DNA of 64,000 nt from Gemmatimonas sp. (GCA_965279375.1 OZ257156.1:3296001-3360000); one strand, 5' to 3'. Counted from the stretch's first letter, positions 8,582-18,227 are shown. Notes: a model not told the origin generated them from the letters alone. Program-made: numbers and translations.

Positions 8582-10051
8582 ATGACGACAATCAGAACGC
8601 ACATCGCCAAAACGCGCATTGCGCGACCTCTCCGCCGCCTGGCCCAGTGCGCGACGGTGGCGCTGTTGGCCATTCCCGGGGTGTCCTGCTTTTCCGACGG
8701 TAGCCTCAACGTCGATCCCAACCGCTCGACGACCGCCGATCCTGCGCTGCTGTTCACCGGCGCCGAAGTGAAGTTCTCGCTCCTGCGCGTCGGTGAGCTC
8801 ACGTGGCCTATCGCGCTGATGAGTCAGATGTGGGCGTCGGGTGGCCGCTGGGGATTGGAGCAGGCGCGCTACGACCAGACCCGCGTGCGCAGTGCGTGGG
8901 GCAGCATCTATACCGACGTACTGAAGAACCTTGTGCTGGCCACGCGTGACGCCGAAGCGAAGACGCCGAGGCCGAACAACGCGATCGCGCAGCTGAAGAT
9001 CTACACGGCCTTCGTGTACTCGCAGACGAGCTATCTCTGGGGCGACATCCCGTTCACCGAGGCGGCTGGCGGTACGGTTGACTTCCCCAAGTTCGACTCG
9101 CAGGAGTCGGTGCTGAACGGCTGCATCAAGTTGCTCGATGAAGCGATCGCCTCCATCGACGCGAATTCGCAGCGCATTGGTGCACCGAACGATCTGTACT
9201 ACGGCGGCGACATGACGAAATGGCGTCGGTTCGCCAACTCGCTCAAGTTCCGCATTCTGATGACCATGGTGGATGCGGATCCGTCGAAGAGTGCGGCCAT
9301 CGGCGTAATGACTGCCGTGCCCATGATCGCCAGCACGGCCGACGAGATGAAGTTTCCGTACTTCGATTCACCGGGCCGGCAGAATCCTCGCTTTTCATTC
9401 ACGGCAATCTTTCGCGGTGGCGTGCAGTCGGACTGGTACGCGTCCAACGTGATGTTTCAGGAGATGGTGCCGTTCAACGATCCGCGGCTCCCTGTGTTTT
9501 TCCAGCCGGGGCCAGGTGCGCCATCGGGAGTCTACCTCTCGCTAGATCCGGTGCAGACCTACGACCCGGTGCGTTCCTCGCTCGTGAATCTCAACTTGCT
9601 CAAGGCCAATCTCCCCGAGGTCTCGTTCTCGTACTCGGAGCAACTGCTGCTCGAAGCGGAAGCGATGGGGCGTGGCTTCTGGGCGGGCGGTCTTGCGGGA
9701 TCTGAGACGCGCTTTCGGCAGGGCGTTCGCGAGTCGATGCTGGCAGCCGGTGTGGCTGGCAGCGAAGCCGATCGCTACATCACGTCGCTGCCAGCCTTCA
9801 GCGCAGCGAACTTCCGCCGTGAACTGAACCGCCAGCAGTGGCTCGACCTGTTCATGCGTCCTGCAGATGCGTGGGTGCAGTGGCGTCGCAGCGGTGCGAG
9901 CGGACAGGAATACCCGGCGATGACCGTTCCCGCCGGTGCGCTGTCGACCAATCTGATGCGCCGCTTGCTGTATCGGAGCGAGGAGATCAACTCAAACCCC
10001 AATACGCCCACTGGCATCACGGTCGACAAGCCGCTCTGGTTCGACAAATGA
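8582..10051 (+). CDS. SusD/RagB family nutrient-binding outer membrane lipoprotein
   Basis: Lipobox-like GVSC; WGDIPFTEA, DLYYGGDMTKWRRFANSLKFR, DPRL and C-terminal LWFDK; directly downstream of susC. Confidence 0.9.
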   Translation: MTTIRTHIAKTRIARPLRRLAQCATVALLAIPGVSCFSDGSLNVDPNRSTTADPALLFTGAEVKFSLLRVGELTWPIALMSQMWASGGRWGLEQARYDQTRVRSAWGSIYTDVLKNLVLATRDAEAKTPRPNNAIAQLKIYTAFVYSQTSYLWGDIPFTEAAGGTVDFPKFDSQESVLNGCIKLLDEAIASIDANSQRIGAPNDLYYGGDMTKWRRFANSLKFRILMTMVDADPSKSAAIGVMTAVPMIASTADEMKFPYFDSPGRQNPRFSFTAIFRGGVQSDWYASNVMFQEMVPFNDPRLPVFFQPGPGAPSGVYLSLDPVQTYDPVRSSLVNLNLLKANLPEVSFSYSEQLLLEAEAMGRGFWAGGLAGSETRFRQGVRESMLAAGVAGSEADRYITSLPAFSAANFRRELNRQQWLDLFMRPADAWVQWRRSGASGQEYPAMTVPAGALSTNLMRRLLYRSEEINSNPNTPTGITVDKPLWFDK

Positions 10052-10722
10052 CCATGCCACAGTCGATGGTGGGTCGGACTGGCGCTGCTCGCGTGCGACG
10101 CGTCGCCGGCCTACGTCTCGCGTACCTGGCCGCCGCGTTCACCGGCGTACTCGCGAGCGCAGCCGTCTCCGAGGTCGCCGCGGCGCAGGCGACGGGCAAG
10201 GCAACGCATGTTCGCATCGATACGGATCAGGGGGAGATCCTGGTGGACGTCTATCAGGACAAGGCACCGATCACCGCCGCCAACTTCCTCCGATACGTCA
10301 CCGAACAGCGCTACGACGGTGGCGCCTTCTATCGCGTCGTCACCATGCGCAATCAGCCGACGAGTCCGGTCAAGATCGAAGTCATTCAGGGCGGACTCGA
10401 CGCCGACTCAACAAAGCGTCTGCCAGCAATCGCGCATGAAACCAACGACAAGACGGGGATCAAGCATCTCGACGGAACGATCAGCATGGCACGCGGTGCA
10501 CCTGGTACAGCGTCCAGTGAGTTCTTCATCTGCATCAACGATCAGCCGGAACTCGATTTCGGCGGCAAGCGCAATCCCGACGGTCAGGGATTTGCCGCGT
10601 TCGGACGTGTGACGAAGGGCATGGACATCGTGCGGCGTATCCAACAAGCACCCGCGGATTCGGCGCCGCCGCAACGACTCCGCACACTTTCACGCATTCG
10701 GAGCGTTCGGGTCGTCAAGTAA
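10048..10722 (+). CDS. Exported cyclophilin-type peptidyl-prolyl isomerase
   Basis: APITAANFLRYV, FYRVV, IQGG, GTISMAR, SEFFI and AAFGRVTKGMD motifs; N-terminal signal peptide; ATGA overlap with the susD stop. Confidence 0.85.
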   Translation: MTMPQSMVGRTGAARVRRVAGLRLAYLAAAFTGVLASAAVSEVAAAQATGKATHVRIDTDQGEILVDVYQDKAPITAANFLRYVTEQRYDGGAFYRVVTMRNQPTSPVKIEVIQGGLDADSTKRLPAIAHETNDKTGIKHLDGTISMARGAPGTASSEFFICINDQPELDFGGKRNPDGQGFAAFGRVTKGMDIVRRIQQAPADSAPPQRLRTLSRIRSVRVVK

Positions 10723-10749
10723 CGACGGCTCGCGTGGCGCGTGCCCGGT

Positions 10750-12012
10750 CTATTGCCGAAGCGCCTGCACGACCGCCGAAAAGAAGTCTTCGTTGGGCAC
10801 CGCCTCGCCGCCCGTCGGCCTTGTTTGCGCGCACCACTGCACGATCACGACCTGCTCACGCGGATTGATGTAGATCGTTTGGCCGAAAATGCCCTCCGCC
10901 GCGAACGACCCGTAGTTCGGCGAGCCGTCGAGAGCAGCGCTCGGCCACCACATGTATCCGTAGAGCAGCGGCTTGCCGTCGAGTAGCATCTTCGGCGTGC
11001 CGGCCAGATCGCGCCACCCGGAAGGCAGCACGCTGTCGGTGCCCACCACGCCGCCGTTCAGGAAGAACTGTCCGAACCGCGCGTAGTCTCGCAACGTCGC
11101 ACTGAACCCGCTGCCACCGATTTCGTGGCCATTGGGTGAATCCAGCCACCAGCTCGCGTCGGACTGCATGCCGACTCGACGCCAGATCTTCTCGCCGAGA
11201 TAGTCCGCGAGTGACTTGCCGGTCGCGCCGCGCACCACTTCGCCCGCGATCTGCGTCTCACCGGTGCTGTAGTTGTTGGCGCTGCCCGGTGGCGCGGCTC
11301 GAGGCAACGAGGCCATCAGCGCCATCGCCGCGCCGGGGCGTTGTGCGATCTGCACCTCCAGCAGGCGGCGTCGATCCGACGCTGGATCGGTATACGTCTC
11401 ATTCCACCGCACGCCCGACGACATCATGAGCAGCTGGCGAATCGTGACGCCGTCGTACGCGCTGCCGACAAGTGCGGGGACGTACTGCGTGACCGCGTCG
11501 TCGAGACTGCGGATGCTGCCATCCTTGAGCGCGGCGCCTATCAGCGTGGACGTGATCGACTTGGCGACGGACATCGACATCCAGCGCGTCTGCGCGCTGT
11601 TGCCTTCGCGGTAGCGCTCGAGCGCAATGCGACCGCGCTTGAGCACCAGCAATCCAGTCACGCGATTGCGCGACATGAAGGTCTCCATCGAAAGCGTCTC
11701 GCCCGCCGACGTGAATCGTATGTCGTCGAGGGGCGCATCGGCTCGAGGGAGTGGCGAGATCGTTGCGCCGTGCGCGATCACCCGCGTCGGGAACAAGCGA
11801 TCGATGTTTCGGAACGTGTTGACGGCGAGCGTTGGTGACAGCGTGCCATCGTACATCTGTCGCACGGTGCCGATGGAGTCGGACGCGTGCGGGTTCGTGT
11901 AGCTCGTCGAAATCGTGCGAGACGGCGAATGCCAGCACGCGACGACTAGCAGCGCAAGTGCGGCTCGACGCGCGCGCAGGGTCCGTAGCACATACCTCGC
12001 GCGCGTCGTCAC
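10750..12012 (-). CDS. Serine hydrolase, beta-lactamase/NylB (6-aminohexanoate-dimer hydrolase)-like, probable lipoprotein
   Basis: SMSVAKS (SxxK), LLMMSSG, NYST, YGYMWW and GIFGQ motifs; lipobox-like LVVAC. Confidence 0.82.
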   Translation of the reverse strand: MTTRARYVLRTLRARRAALALLVVACWHSPSRTISTSYTNPHASDSIGTVRQMYDGTLSPTLAVNTFRNIDRLFPTRVIAHGATISPLPRADAPLDDIRFTSAGETLSMETFMSRNRVTGLLVLKRGRIALERYREGNSAQTRWMSMSVAKSITSTLIGAALKDGSIRSLDDAVTQYVPALVGSAYDGVTIRQLLMMSSGVRWNETYTDPASDRRRLLEVQIAQRPGAAMALMASLPRAAPPGSANNYSTGETQIAGEVVRGATGKSLADYLGEKIWRRVGMQSDASWWLDSPNGHEIGGSGFSATLRDYARFGQFFLNGGVVGTDSVLPSGWRDLAGTPKMLLDGKPLLYGYMWWPSAALDGSPNYGSFAAEGIFGQTIYINPREQVVIVQWCAQTRPTGGEAVPNEDFFSAVVQALRQ

Positions 12013-12881
12013 GTCGTTGTGGTGTCGAGCACGTGCGCCACGCCGTCCACGCGTGATCGTAGCGCGTCGCTTGCCACGCCAGTGATGAAGCAGGTCGCGC
12101 CGCTTCCACTCAGCATTCCGATGCCGCCGACCCGCTTCGCTTCGTCTCGAACCGATGGCAGGACCACGGCGACGCCGGCGTGCAGCGACATCACGACCGA
12201 CTCGAAGTCGTTGTCAGCGAGGGCACCGATCGACTCCCAACTGCCAAACGCGTCGTGTGCATAGGCGCGCGCGCGCACCTGATCACCACGGGCCTCGCGC
12301 GCGCGAGCGAACGCGCCGTACGCTGCACCGGTGTTCACGCCTTGGTCGAAGCTGAACAGCGTGATGGGCATCGTCGGCAAGGGTGCGAGCGGAAGCAGGC
12401 GATCTCCCCGTCCCCACGCCAGCGCGAGGCTGGTGTCTGCAACGAAGAAGGGAATGTCCGCACCGAGCGCGCCACCGATCTCCATGAGTCGCGCCACGCC
12501 CATTGGTGTTGGCGACAGTGCATCGAGCGCGCGCAACACCGCTGCTGCGTCCGCACTACCGCCGCCCAGTCCTCCGCCGACCGGAATGCGCTTCTCGATC
12601 TCGATCTCCCAACCCGTTTCCCACCCGCTCGCCTGCACGTACGCAGCGGCGGCCCGCCAGGCGAGATTGTCTTCGTCGCGACCGAGTCCGCCCTTGGGCA
12701 TCGTGGGCCCGCTGCACCGCAATGCACGCGCACCGTCGGCCACGCGCACGCGAACCAGATCGTGCAGCGCGAGCAGCTGAAAGAGCGTCTCGATTCCGTG
12801 GTAGCCGCTCGCTTCGCGCGCGAGAATGCGCAACAGCAAGTTCACTTTTGCGTGCGCCTTGAGCTCCACCCAGGGGGGCAT
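12009..12881 (-). CDS. ispE: 4-diphosphocytidyl-2-C-methyl-D-erythritol kinase
   Basis: AKVNLLLRIL, GYHGIET, KRIPVGGGLGGGSADAA (GHMP kinase), GADIPFF, NDFE and SGSG motifs; start at ATG 12881. Confidence 0.92.
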   Translation of the reverse strand: MPPWVELKAHAKVNLLLRILAREASGYHGIETLFQLLALHDLVRVRVADGARALRCSGPTMPKGGLGRDEDNLAWRAAAAYVQASGWETGWEIEIEKRIPVGGGLGGGSADAAAVLRALDALSPTPMGVARLMEIGGALGADIPFFVADTSLALAWGRGDRLLPLAPLPTMPITLFSFDQGVNTGAAYGAFARAREARGDQVRARAYAHDAFGSWESIGALADNDFESVVMSLHAGVAVVLPSVRDEAKRVGGIGMLSGSGATCFITGVASDALRSRVDGVAHVLDTTTT

Positions 12882-12885
12882 TGCG

Positions 12886-13902
12886 TCAGGCTCCAGCGGA
12901 GGGGCCACCTTTCTGCATCGTGCCAACGCTCAGGCCGAGCCGCGCGAAGTACACCGCGCCGATGATCGTGATCGGCAGGAACGTGAGGATGTGGAATCCC
13001 AATGCCCAACTCACCGCGAGCTCCTTGGGTACGCCGTACACACCGAGGCCAACGATGGAGGCCGTTTCGAACACGCCGAAGAAGCCTGGCGAACTGGGAA
13101 TGGCCACGCCGATTGCCTGAATGCCCTGAAGAAACAGCGCTGCCGACAACGGAACCTTGATGCCGACGGCAAGGAATCCGATATACAGGCTGACCGCCTG
13201 TACCACCCAGTGCGCTGCGGCCCAGAAGAGTACGGCGAGAAAGCGGCGGCCGTCCTTGAGCACGGCCAGACCGCCCAAGCCATGCGACACGAGGCGCACG
13301 ATCGTTTCGCTGTACTTGGGCAGCACCCGGTCGGCAATTGCGCGCACGATCGCCATCACGCGCTCATGCTGCATGACCACCGCGTAGCAGACGGCCAGGA
13401 GAGTGAGCACCGCGATGATGCCGCCACTCGCGAGCTGTGGCACCGTACGTCCTGCGATGATGATACCGGGCGGAAACGCGGGATCGAGCATCGCGAGGAA
13501 CATCAGCGCGAAGAGCACGATTGCATCGAAAATCCGATCAACGGCCAGACTGCCGAACGACGTCGTGATGGCGACCTTCGGCACCTCACGCGTGAGCGCG
13601 AAGGCGCGGGCGAACTCGCCCGCGCGCAGCGGAAAGACGTTGTTCATCATCATGCCGATGGCAGTGCTGCGCCACAGCGGCCCAAAGGGCAGCACACCGG
13701 CGACCGGTTCGAGGATCGTGCGCCAACGCCGTGCACGCAGCGGAAAAATGCTCACGTTGACAAGCACCGCCGCCACGAACAGCGGCACGCTCGATTGCCG
13801 CAGAACCGCCCAGACTTCGGTCGGTGAGACTTCGCGCAACGTCCACCACAACAACACACCGCTCAGTGCAAAGCCGAGCGCGCTCTTCCAGTCCAGTTTC
13901 AC
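12886..13902 (-). CDS. Lysylphosphatidylglycerol synthase TM-region (flippase-like) family membrane protein
   Basis: RARRWRTIL, NNVFPLRAGEFARA, VDRIFD and PSSPGFFGVFE motifs; about 8 TM helices; no synthase domain. Confidence 0.85.
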   Translation of the reverse strand: MKLDWKSALGFALSGVLLWWTLREVSPTEVWAVLRQSSVPLFVAAVLVNVSIFPLRARRWRTILEPVAGVLPFGPLWRSTAIGMMMNNVFPLRAGEFARAFALTREVPKVAITTSFGSLAVDRIFDAIVLFALMFLAMLDPAFPPGIIIAGRTVPQLASGGIIAVLTLLAVCYAVVMQHERVMAIVRAIADRVLPKYSETIVRLVSHGLGGLAVLKDGRRFLAVLFWAAAHWVVQAVSLYIGFLAVGIKVPLSAALFLQGIQAIGVAIPSSPGFFGVFETASIVGLGVYGVPKELAVSWALGFHILTFLPITIIGAVYFARLGLSVGTMQKGGPSAGA

Positions 13903-14957
13903 GTGGTCGCCGCCAGGTCGAGCAGGTCCGAGAGCTCTTCAAAGAGCGCGAAAGCCGCCGGGTCGGCGAGCGTTCCGAATTGCCAGTAGGAACGCAGCTC
14001 ATCGCGCACGTCGCGTGCGCGCTTGACCGCCGAGCGGCCGCGATAGAGCAGCGTCTCGATGGGGACGATGACCGCGTCGACCGACGGCACGGCGGCGGGC
14101 TCCATGACCGCACCCACCACCACGCCTGCCTGTGCATCGGCCCAGGCGAAGTTGGCCTCTTTCACGCGCTGGGCGAGTTGCTGGTCGGTGAGTTCACGAT
14201 CCATGAGCAGCATGGCGAACGCCTGAATGGCCGCACGTTCACGTGACTGCGCCAGCGGCGCGCGTGCCATGCGCGTGGCCAACGTCGCGATACTCGCGGC
14301 GCCGTAGCTCTCGCCGACGTCAGCCAATCCAAGCAGCGCGCGACGCACTCCATCGCTCAGCGCCAACTGCGACGGCCCCTGTGGGCTGTTGGCGAGCGCT
14401 TCGGATTCACGAGCCACGCCATCCGCCGCTGCAGCGACGTCGTTGCGGAAGCGCGCAGCGATGGTGATCGGCGGTTCGGGATTGCGCTGCAGTATCGCGG
14501 GCGAGCCGTCTTCGGGGAAAAAGCGCGAGATCGGCACCACCTGACTGGCAGGGGAAGCCGCCGGGCTGCTCGTCGCGAGATATCCCGCAGCCACCGAGGC
14601 GAGCGCCACCGACTGCGTGCGACTGCGACGCTGTTCCGGCTCGCCCCACTGCTGCGCGCGCTCCACCAGCGCGCGCAGTTCAACCAAGGCACCGCGTACG
14701 GCGAAGTGGAGACGCTGATCCCACCGCAGCTCCTGGTCGCGCAGGCCGGTCGCGATTCGCTCGATCGTCGAAGCGAGGTCGGGGAGCCCGTCCAGTCGCG
14801 TCATCGTGGCACTGCCGCGCAGCGCGCGCGCATGCGTGAGAAACGCGTTGGCGTCCGGCACGTGCTGCTCGGCGTCGGACAACAGCTGATCGAGGCGATC
14901 GAGATACTCGGTCGCCTCCTTCTGGAAGAACTCGATCAAGGCCTGCGGTGCGCTCAT
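13899..14957 (-). CDS. HPt (CheA P1-like) domain protein with degenerate phosphoacceptor site
   Basis: LIEFFQKEATEYLDRLDQLL...ARALRGSATM resembles CheA P1; a second degenerate HPt-like repeat follows (RRALLGLADVGESYG). Confidence 0.6.
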   Translation of the reverse strand: MSAPQALIEFFQKEATEYLDRLDQLLSDAEQHVPDANAFLTHARALRGSATMTRLDGLPDLASTIERIATGLRDQELRWDQRLHFAVRGALVELRALVERAQQWGEPEQRRSRTQSVALASVAAGYLATSSPAASPASQVVPISRFFPEDGSPAILQRNPEPPITIAARFRNDVAAAADGVARESEALANSPQGPSQLALSDGVRRALLGLADVGESYGAASIATLATRMARAPLAQSRERAAIQAFAMLLMDRELTDQQLAQRVKEANFAWADAQAGVVVGAVMEPAAVPSVDAVIVPIETLLYRGRSAVKRARDVRDELRSYWQFGTLADPAAFALFEELSDLLDLAATT

Positions 14958-15022
14958 GGCGTCAGGGGTCAGCGGAAACGCACGAACAAAAGGGCATCAG
15001 CAGAGGGCAGACAGCGAACGCG

Positions 15023-15760
15023 TCAGCGCGGGCGCGCCTGATCCATGGCCGATCGGATCTCCCGAACAGCCTCAGCCAGCCCGACAAAGATGGCGCGTCC
15101 AACAATGGCGTGCCCGATATTCAACTCTTCGATTTCCGGAATCGTCGCAACTGGCCCGACATTCTCCACCGACAGCCCATGTCCCGCGTGGACCGCCAGG
15201 CCGAGCGACGCGCCCAACGCCGCACTCTCCGCCAGCGCACGCAGCGTGGCCGGATCGTTCGGAGCATGCGCGTACTGTCCGGTGTGCAGCTCGATGGCGT
15301 CCGTCCCCAAGGCATGCGACAGGCGCACGGACTCGAGCGTCGGGTCGATGAAGAGACTGGCGCGTACCCCGGCACGTTTCAGACGCGCAACGGCACTCCG
15401 CAGCGACTCCGCGCCGCGGACCAGGTCGAGCCCGCCCTCGGTGGTGACCTCTTCCCGCCGTTCGGGTACCAAGGTGACCTCCTTGGGCCGCAGCTGCTCG
15501 GCGAGCGAGATCATCTGGTCGGTGGCGGCGCACTCCAGATTGAGTGCGGTTGTGATACTTGTGGCCAACCGGTGAACGTCGTCGTCCTGTATGTGGCGAC
15601 GGTCCTCCCGCAGGTGCGCGGTGATGCCGTCGGCGCCAGCCTGCTCACACAGCAGGGCGGCGGCGACGGGGTCGGGGAGCAAACCGCGACGCGCCTGCCG
15701 AACGGTGGCCACGTGGTCGATGTTCACATACAGGCGCTGGTACAGCTGCTGATATTGCAT
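15023..15760 (-). CDS. pdxJ: Pyridoxine 5'-phosphate synthase
   Basis: VNIDHVATVRQAR, GITAHLREDRRHI, LVPERREEVTTEGGLD, ELHTG, AGHGL and ELNIGH motifs. Confidence 0.96.
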   Translation of the reverse strand: MQYQQLYQRLYVNIDHVATVRQARRGLLPDPVAAALLCEQAGADGITAHLREDRRHIQDDDVHRLATSITTALNLECAATDQMISLAEQLRPKEVTLVPERREEVTTEGGLDLVRGAESLRSAVARLKRAGVRASLFIDPTLESVRLSHALGTDAIELHTGQYAHAPNDPATLRALAESAALGASLGLAVHAGHGLSVENVGPVATIPEIEELNIGHAIVGRAIFVGLAEAVREIRSAMDQARPR

Positions 15761-15815
15761 GGCAAGTCGAAGACGAGAGTCATCACTACAGGACTGCTTC
15801 ACGCAGGGGGAACTC

Positions 15816-16307
15816 GTGGTCCGTCAGGGAATCTTGGTTGCCGCCGTCGTCGTCCTCTCAGGGACGATCAGCGCGTGCGCCCGTACCGCCGTCACCTCAC
15901 CGCCGGTGATCACTAACAAGAGCGCCGCGGCGCCGGTTGCAGGCAATGCGACCGGAGCGCCCACGTCGCGCGGCGCCGTCGAGGGCTTTCTGGCCACGGT
16001 CAAGGCATCGGATCTGCAAGGGATGTCGGGCACGTGGGGCACCAGCCGTGGGCCGGCGCGTGATCTGATGAAGCGGGAAGAGCTGGAGAAGCGACTGGTC
16101 GTGATGCAGTGCCTCCTGATGCACGACAAATGGCGCTTCGTGGAGGACGAGCCCCGGCTCCAGGCGGGCGGCCATCAGGCCTGGCAGGTGGAGCTGACGC
16201 GTAAGTCGTCCGTCGCCAAAACCACCTTCCAGACCGTCGTCGGCCCTGCTGGCCGCTGGTTCGTGGACGACGTGGACGTGGTCCCGCTCAAGGATTTCTG
16301 CCGCTAG
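15816..16307 (+). CDS. Hypothetical lipoprotein
   Basis: GGGGGA RBS before GTG 15816; hydrophobic stretch plus ISAC lipobox; coding-like codon usage. Confidence 0.65.
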   Translation: MVRQGILVAAVVVLSGTISACARTAVTSPPVITNKSAAAPVAGNATGAPTSRGAVEGFLATVKASDLQGMSGTWGTSRGPARDLMKREELEKRLVVMQCLLMHDKWRFVEDEPRLQAGGHQAWQVELTRKSSVAKTTFQTVVGPAGRWFVDDVDVVPLKDFCR

Positions 16308-16372
16308 GCGCTTCCGTCCGGCCCGGCTGGCGATCTGCAGCCGACGGCTTGTCCACCCGGTTGCCACGGTGG

Positions 16373-16783
16373 CTAGTATTCAGACAATTCGACGAGCACT
16401 CCGCCGGTCGCACTCGGATGCAGGAAGGCGATACGCTTGCCTTCGGCGCCGATGCGAGGATGCTCGTCGATGAGTCGGAGTCCGGCGGTGCGGCACTTTT
16501 CCAGCGTGCCGTCCAAGTCGTCCACGGCGAAGCAGACATGATGGATTCCGGGGCCGCGCTTGGCCACGAACTTCCCGATCGGCGAGTCTTCGGACTCAGC
16601 CTCGAGCAGTTCGACCAGCGAGTCTCCGGCCGCGAGGCCCACGATCGACGCGCCGTCGGCGTCGTCGAGCGGGACCTGAGGCATGCCGAGCACGTCTCGG
16701 TAGAACGGAATCAACGCGTCGAGGGTACGCACAGCGACGCCGATATGGGCGATGCGCGTACCGCGGCGGACAGGTTCGGTCAT
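16373..16783 (-). CDS. mce: Methylmalonyl-CoA epimerase (VOC family)
   Basis: IAHIGVAV, VELLE, SPIGKFVAKRGPGIHHVCFAVDD and IAFLHPSATGGVLVEL motifs. Confidence 0.9.
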   Translation of the reverse strand: MTEPVRRGTRIAHIGVAVRTLDALIPFYRDVLGMPQVPLDDADGASIVGLAAGDSLVELLEAESEDSPIGKFVAKRGPGIHHVCFAVDDLDGTLEKCRTAGLRLIDEHPRIGAEGKRIAFLHPSATGGVLVELSEY

Positions 16784-16876
16784 GGTATGTGGGCGAAGGC
16801 TGACTCCTGAATTCTAATCCTGACGACACGCGCGGGTGAATCCGGTGCACACCGGAGTCGCGCGACGGAGCACACG

Positions 16877-17200
16877 ATGGCGAACGCGGTGGAAGTGAAG
16901 GACGACAACTTCGCGACGGAGATCGAGGCGCAGCCGGGTCTTTCGGTCGTGGATTTTTGGGCCACGTGGTGCGCCCCCTGCCGAATGATCGCGCCGATCG
17001 TCGAGCAGCTCGCGGTGGACTACGCCGGCAAGGCGAAGGTGGCCAAGCTGGACGTGGACAACAACCAGAAGACGGCTGCGCGCTTCAACGTGCGCTCGAT
17101 CCCGACGATCCTGTTCTTCAAGGACGGCAAGCTGGTCGATCAGGTCGTCGGCGCGGTGCCGCGTCCGGCGCTCGAAGCGAAGTTCAAGGAGCACGCCTGA
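16877..17200 (+). CDS. trxA: Thioredoxin
   Basis: DFWATWCAPCRMIAP active site, VRSIPT; GGAG RBS. Confidence 0.95.
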   Translation: MANAVEVKDDNFATEIEAQPGLSVVDFWATWCAPCRMIAPIVEQLAVDYAGKAKVAKLDVDNNQKTAARFNVRSIPTILFFKDGKLVDQVVGAVPRPALEAKFKEHA

Positions 17201-17227
17201 GTCAGGCGGAGTTCCTCTGTGGGATCA

Positions 17228-17263
17228 GTGCCCGGGGCAGCTCGCCCCGGGCACGTTCCGTTT
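17228..17263 (+). terminator. Hairpin after trxA, probable intrinsic terminator or attenuator
   Basis: GTGCCCGGGGC-AGCTC-GCCCCGGGCAC (11-bp perfect stem) followed by GTTCCGTTT. Confidence 0.55.
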
Positions 17264-17305
17264 CAGGCGTCGCCAGTTCCACCGCAACGTCGGCCATGGG
17301 GCATC

Positions 17306-18211
17306 ATGGACACGCTTGAGGCGGCGGACGATCGCAATCGCAGCGCTGAGATCGCCGCCGCCGCGCGCGCCCTGCTCCCCGACGCGGCGACCGCGGGCGC
17401 GCTGCACGTCGTCTCCACGCCGATCGGGCATCTGGGCGACATCTCGCTGCGCGCGTTGGCCGTCCTGAGCGAAGTCGCGGTCGTCTGCTGCGAGGACACG
17501 CGCACCTCGCGCACCCTCCTGCAACGCTACGGCATTCACACGCCCATGCTCGCGCTGCACGAACACAACGAAGCGGAGATGGCGCCACGCCTGCTCGCTC
17601 GCCTCAGGGACGGGGACGCGATCGCGCTCATCAGCGACGCGGGCACGCCACTCGTCTCCGACCCGGGAAGCCGTCTCGTCGACGCGGTGGTGCAGGCGGG
17701 ATTTCGCGTGGTGCCCGTGCCCGGTGCGTCGGCGACGCTCGCGGCACTGGTCGCCTCAGGGATCACACCGCACCCGTGCACCATCCTCGGCTTCCTGCCG
17801 CGAAAGGGCGGGGAACGCGCCGAAGTGCTTCGCATGGCGGCGGCGCTGCCGCACGCGGTGGTGCTCTTCGAGGCGCCGGGACGGGTGGCACAGACGCTCC
17901 GCGACCTGGCCAGCGTGGCCGGCGGAGACCGGCCGGCGGCGGTCGCGCGCGAGCTGACGAAGAAATTCGAAGAAATTCGTCGCGGAACGCTCGACGAACT
18001 CGCTGCGTACTACGAAGATACGGGACCACGCGGTGAGATCGTGCTGGTGCTCGGGGGATTCACGGCCGTTGCCCCGACCGAGACCGATCTCGCAGCCATC
18101 GCGGCGCGCCTGCGCGCCGAGGGCCACAGACCGCGTGACATCGTCCAGCGACTCATGGACGAGCATGCTGCCAGCCGCAACCTCGCTTACCGTCTCGCTC
18201 ACGATACCTGA
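17306..18211 (+). CDS. rsmI: 16S rRNA (cytidine-1402-2'-O)-methyltransferase
   Basis: VVSTPIGHLGDISLRA, CEDTRTS, SDAGTPLVSDPG, ARELTKKFEE and RGEIVLV motifs. Confidence 0.93.
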   Translation: MDTLEAADDRNRSAEIAAAARALLPDAATAGALHVVSTPIGHLGDISLRALAVLSEVAVVCCEDTRTSRTLLQRYGIHTPMLALHEHNEAEMAPRLLARLRDGDAIALISDAGTPLVSDPGSRLVDAVVQAGFRVVPVPGASATLAALVASGITPHPCTILGFLPRKGGERAEVLRMAAALPHAVVLFEAPGRVAQTLRDLASVAGGDRPAAVARELTKKFEEIRRGTLDELAAYYEDTGPRGEIVLVLGGFTAVAPTETDLAAIAARLRAEGHRPRDIVQRLMDEHAASRNLAYRLAHDT

Positions 18212-18227
18212 GGGGCTCCCGATTCCG

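Noticed and set aside
10750..12012. Antibiotic-resistance beta-lactamase
   Set aside because: Motifs (SMSVAKS, LLMMSSG, YGYMWW) fit the broad NylB/esterase-like serine hydrolases rather than AmpC; resistance cannot be inferred.
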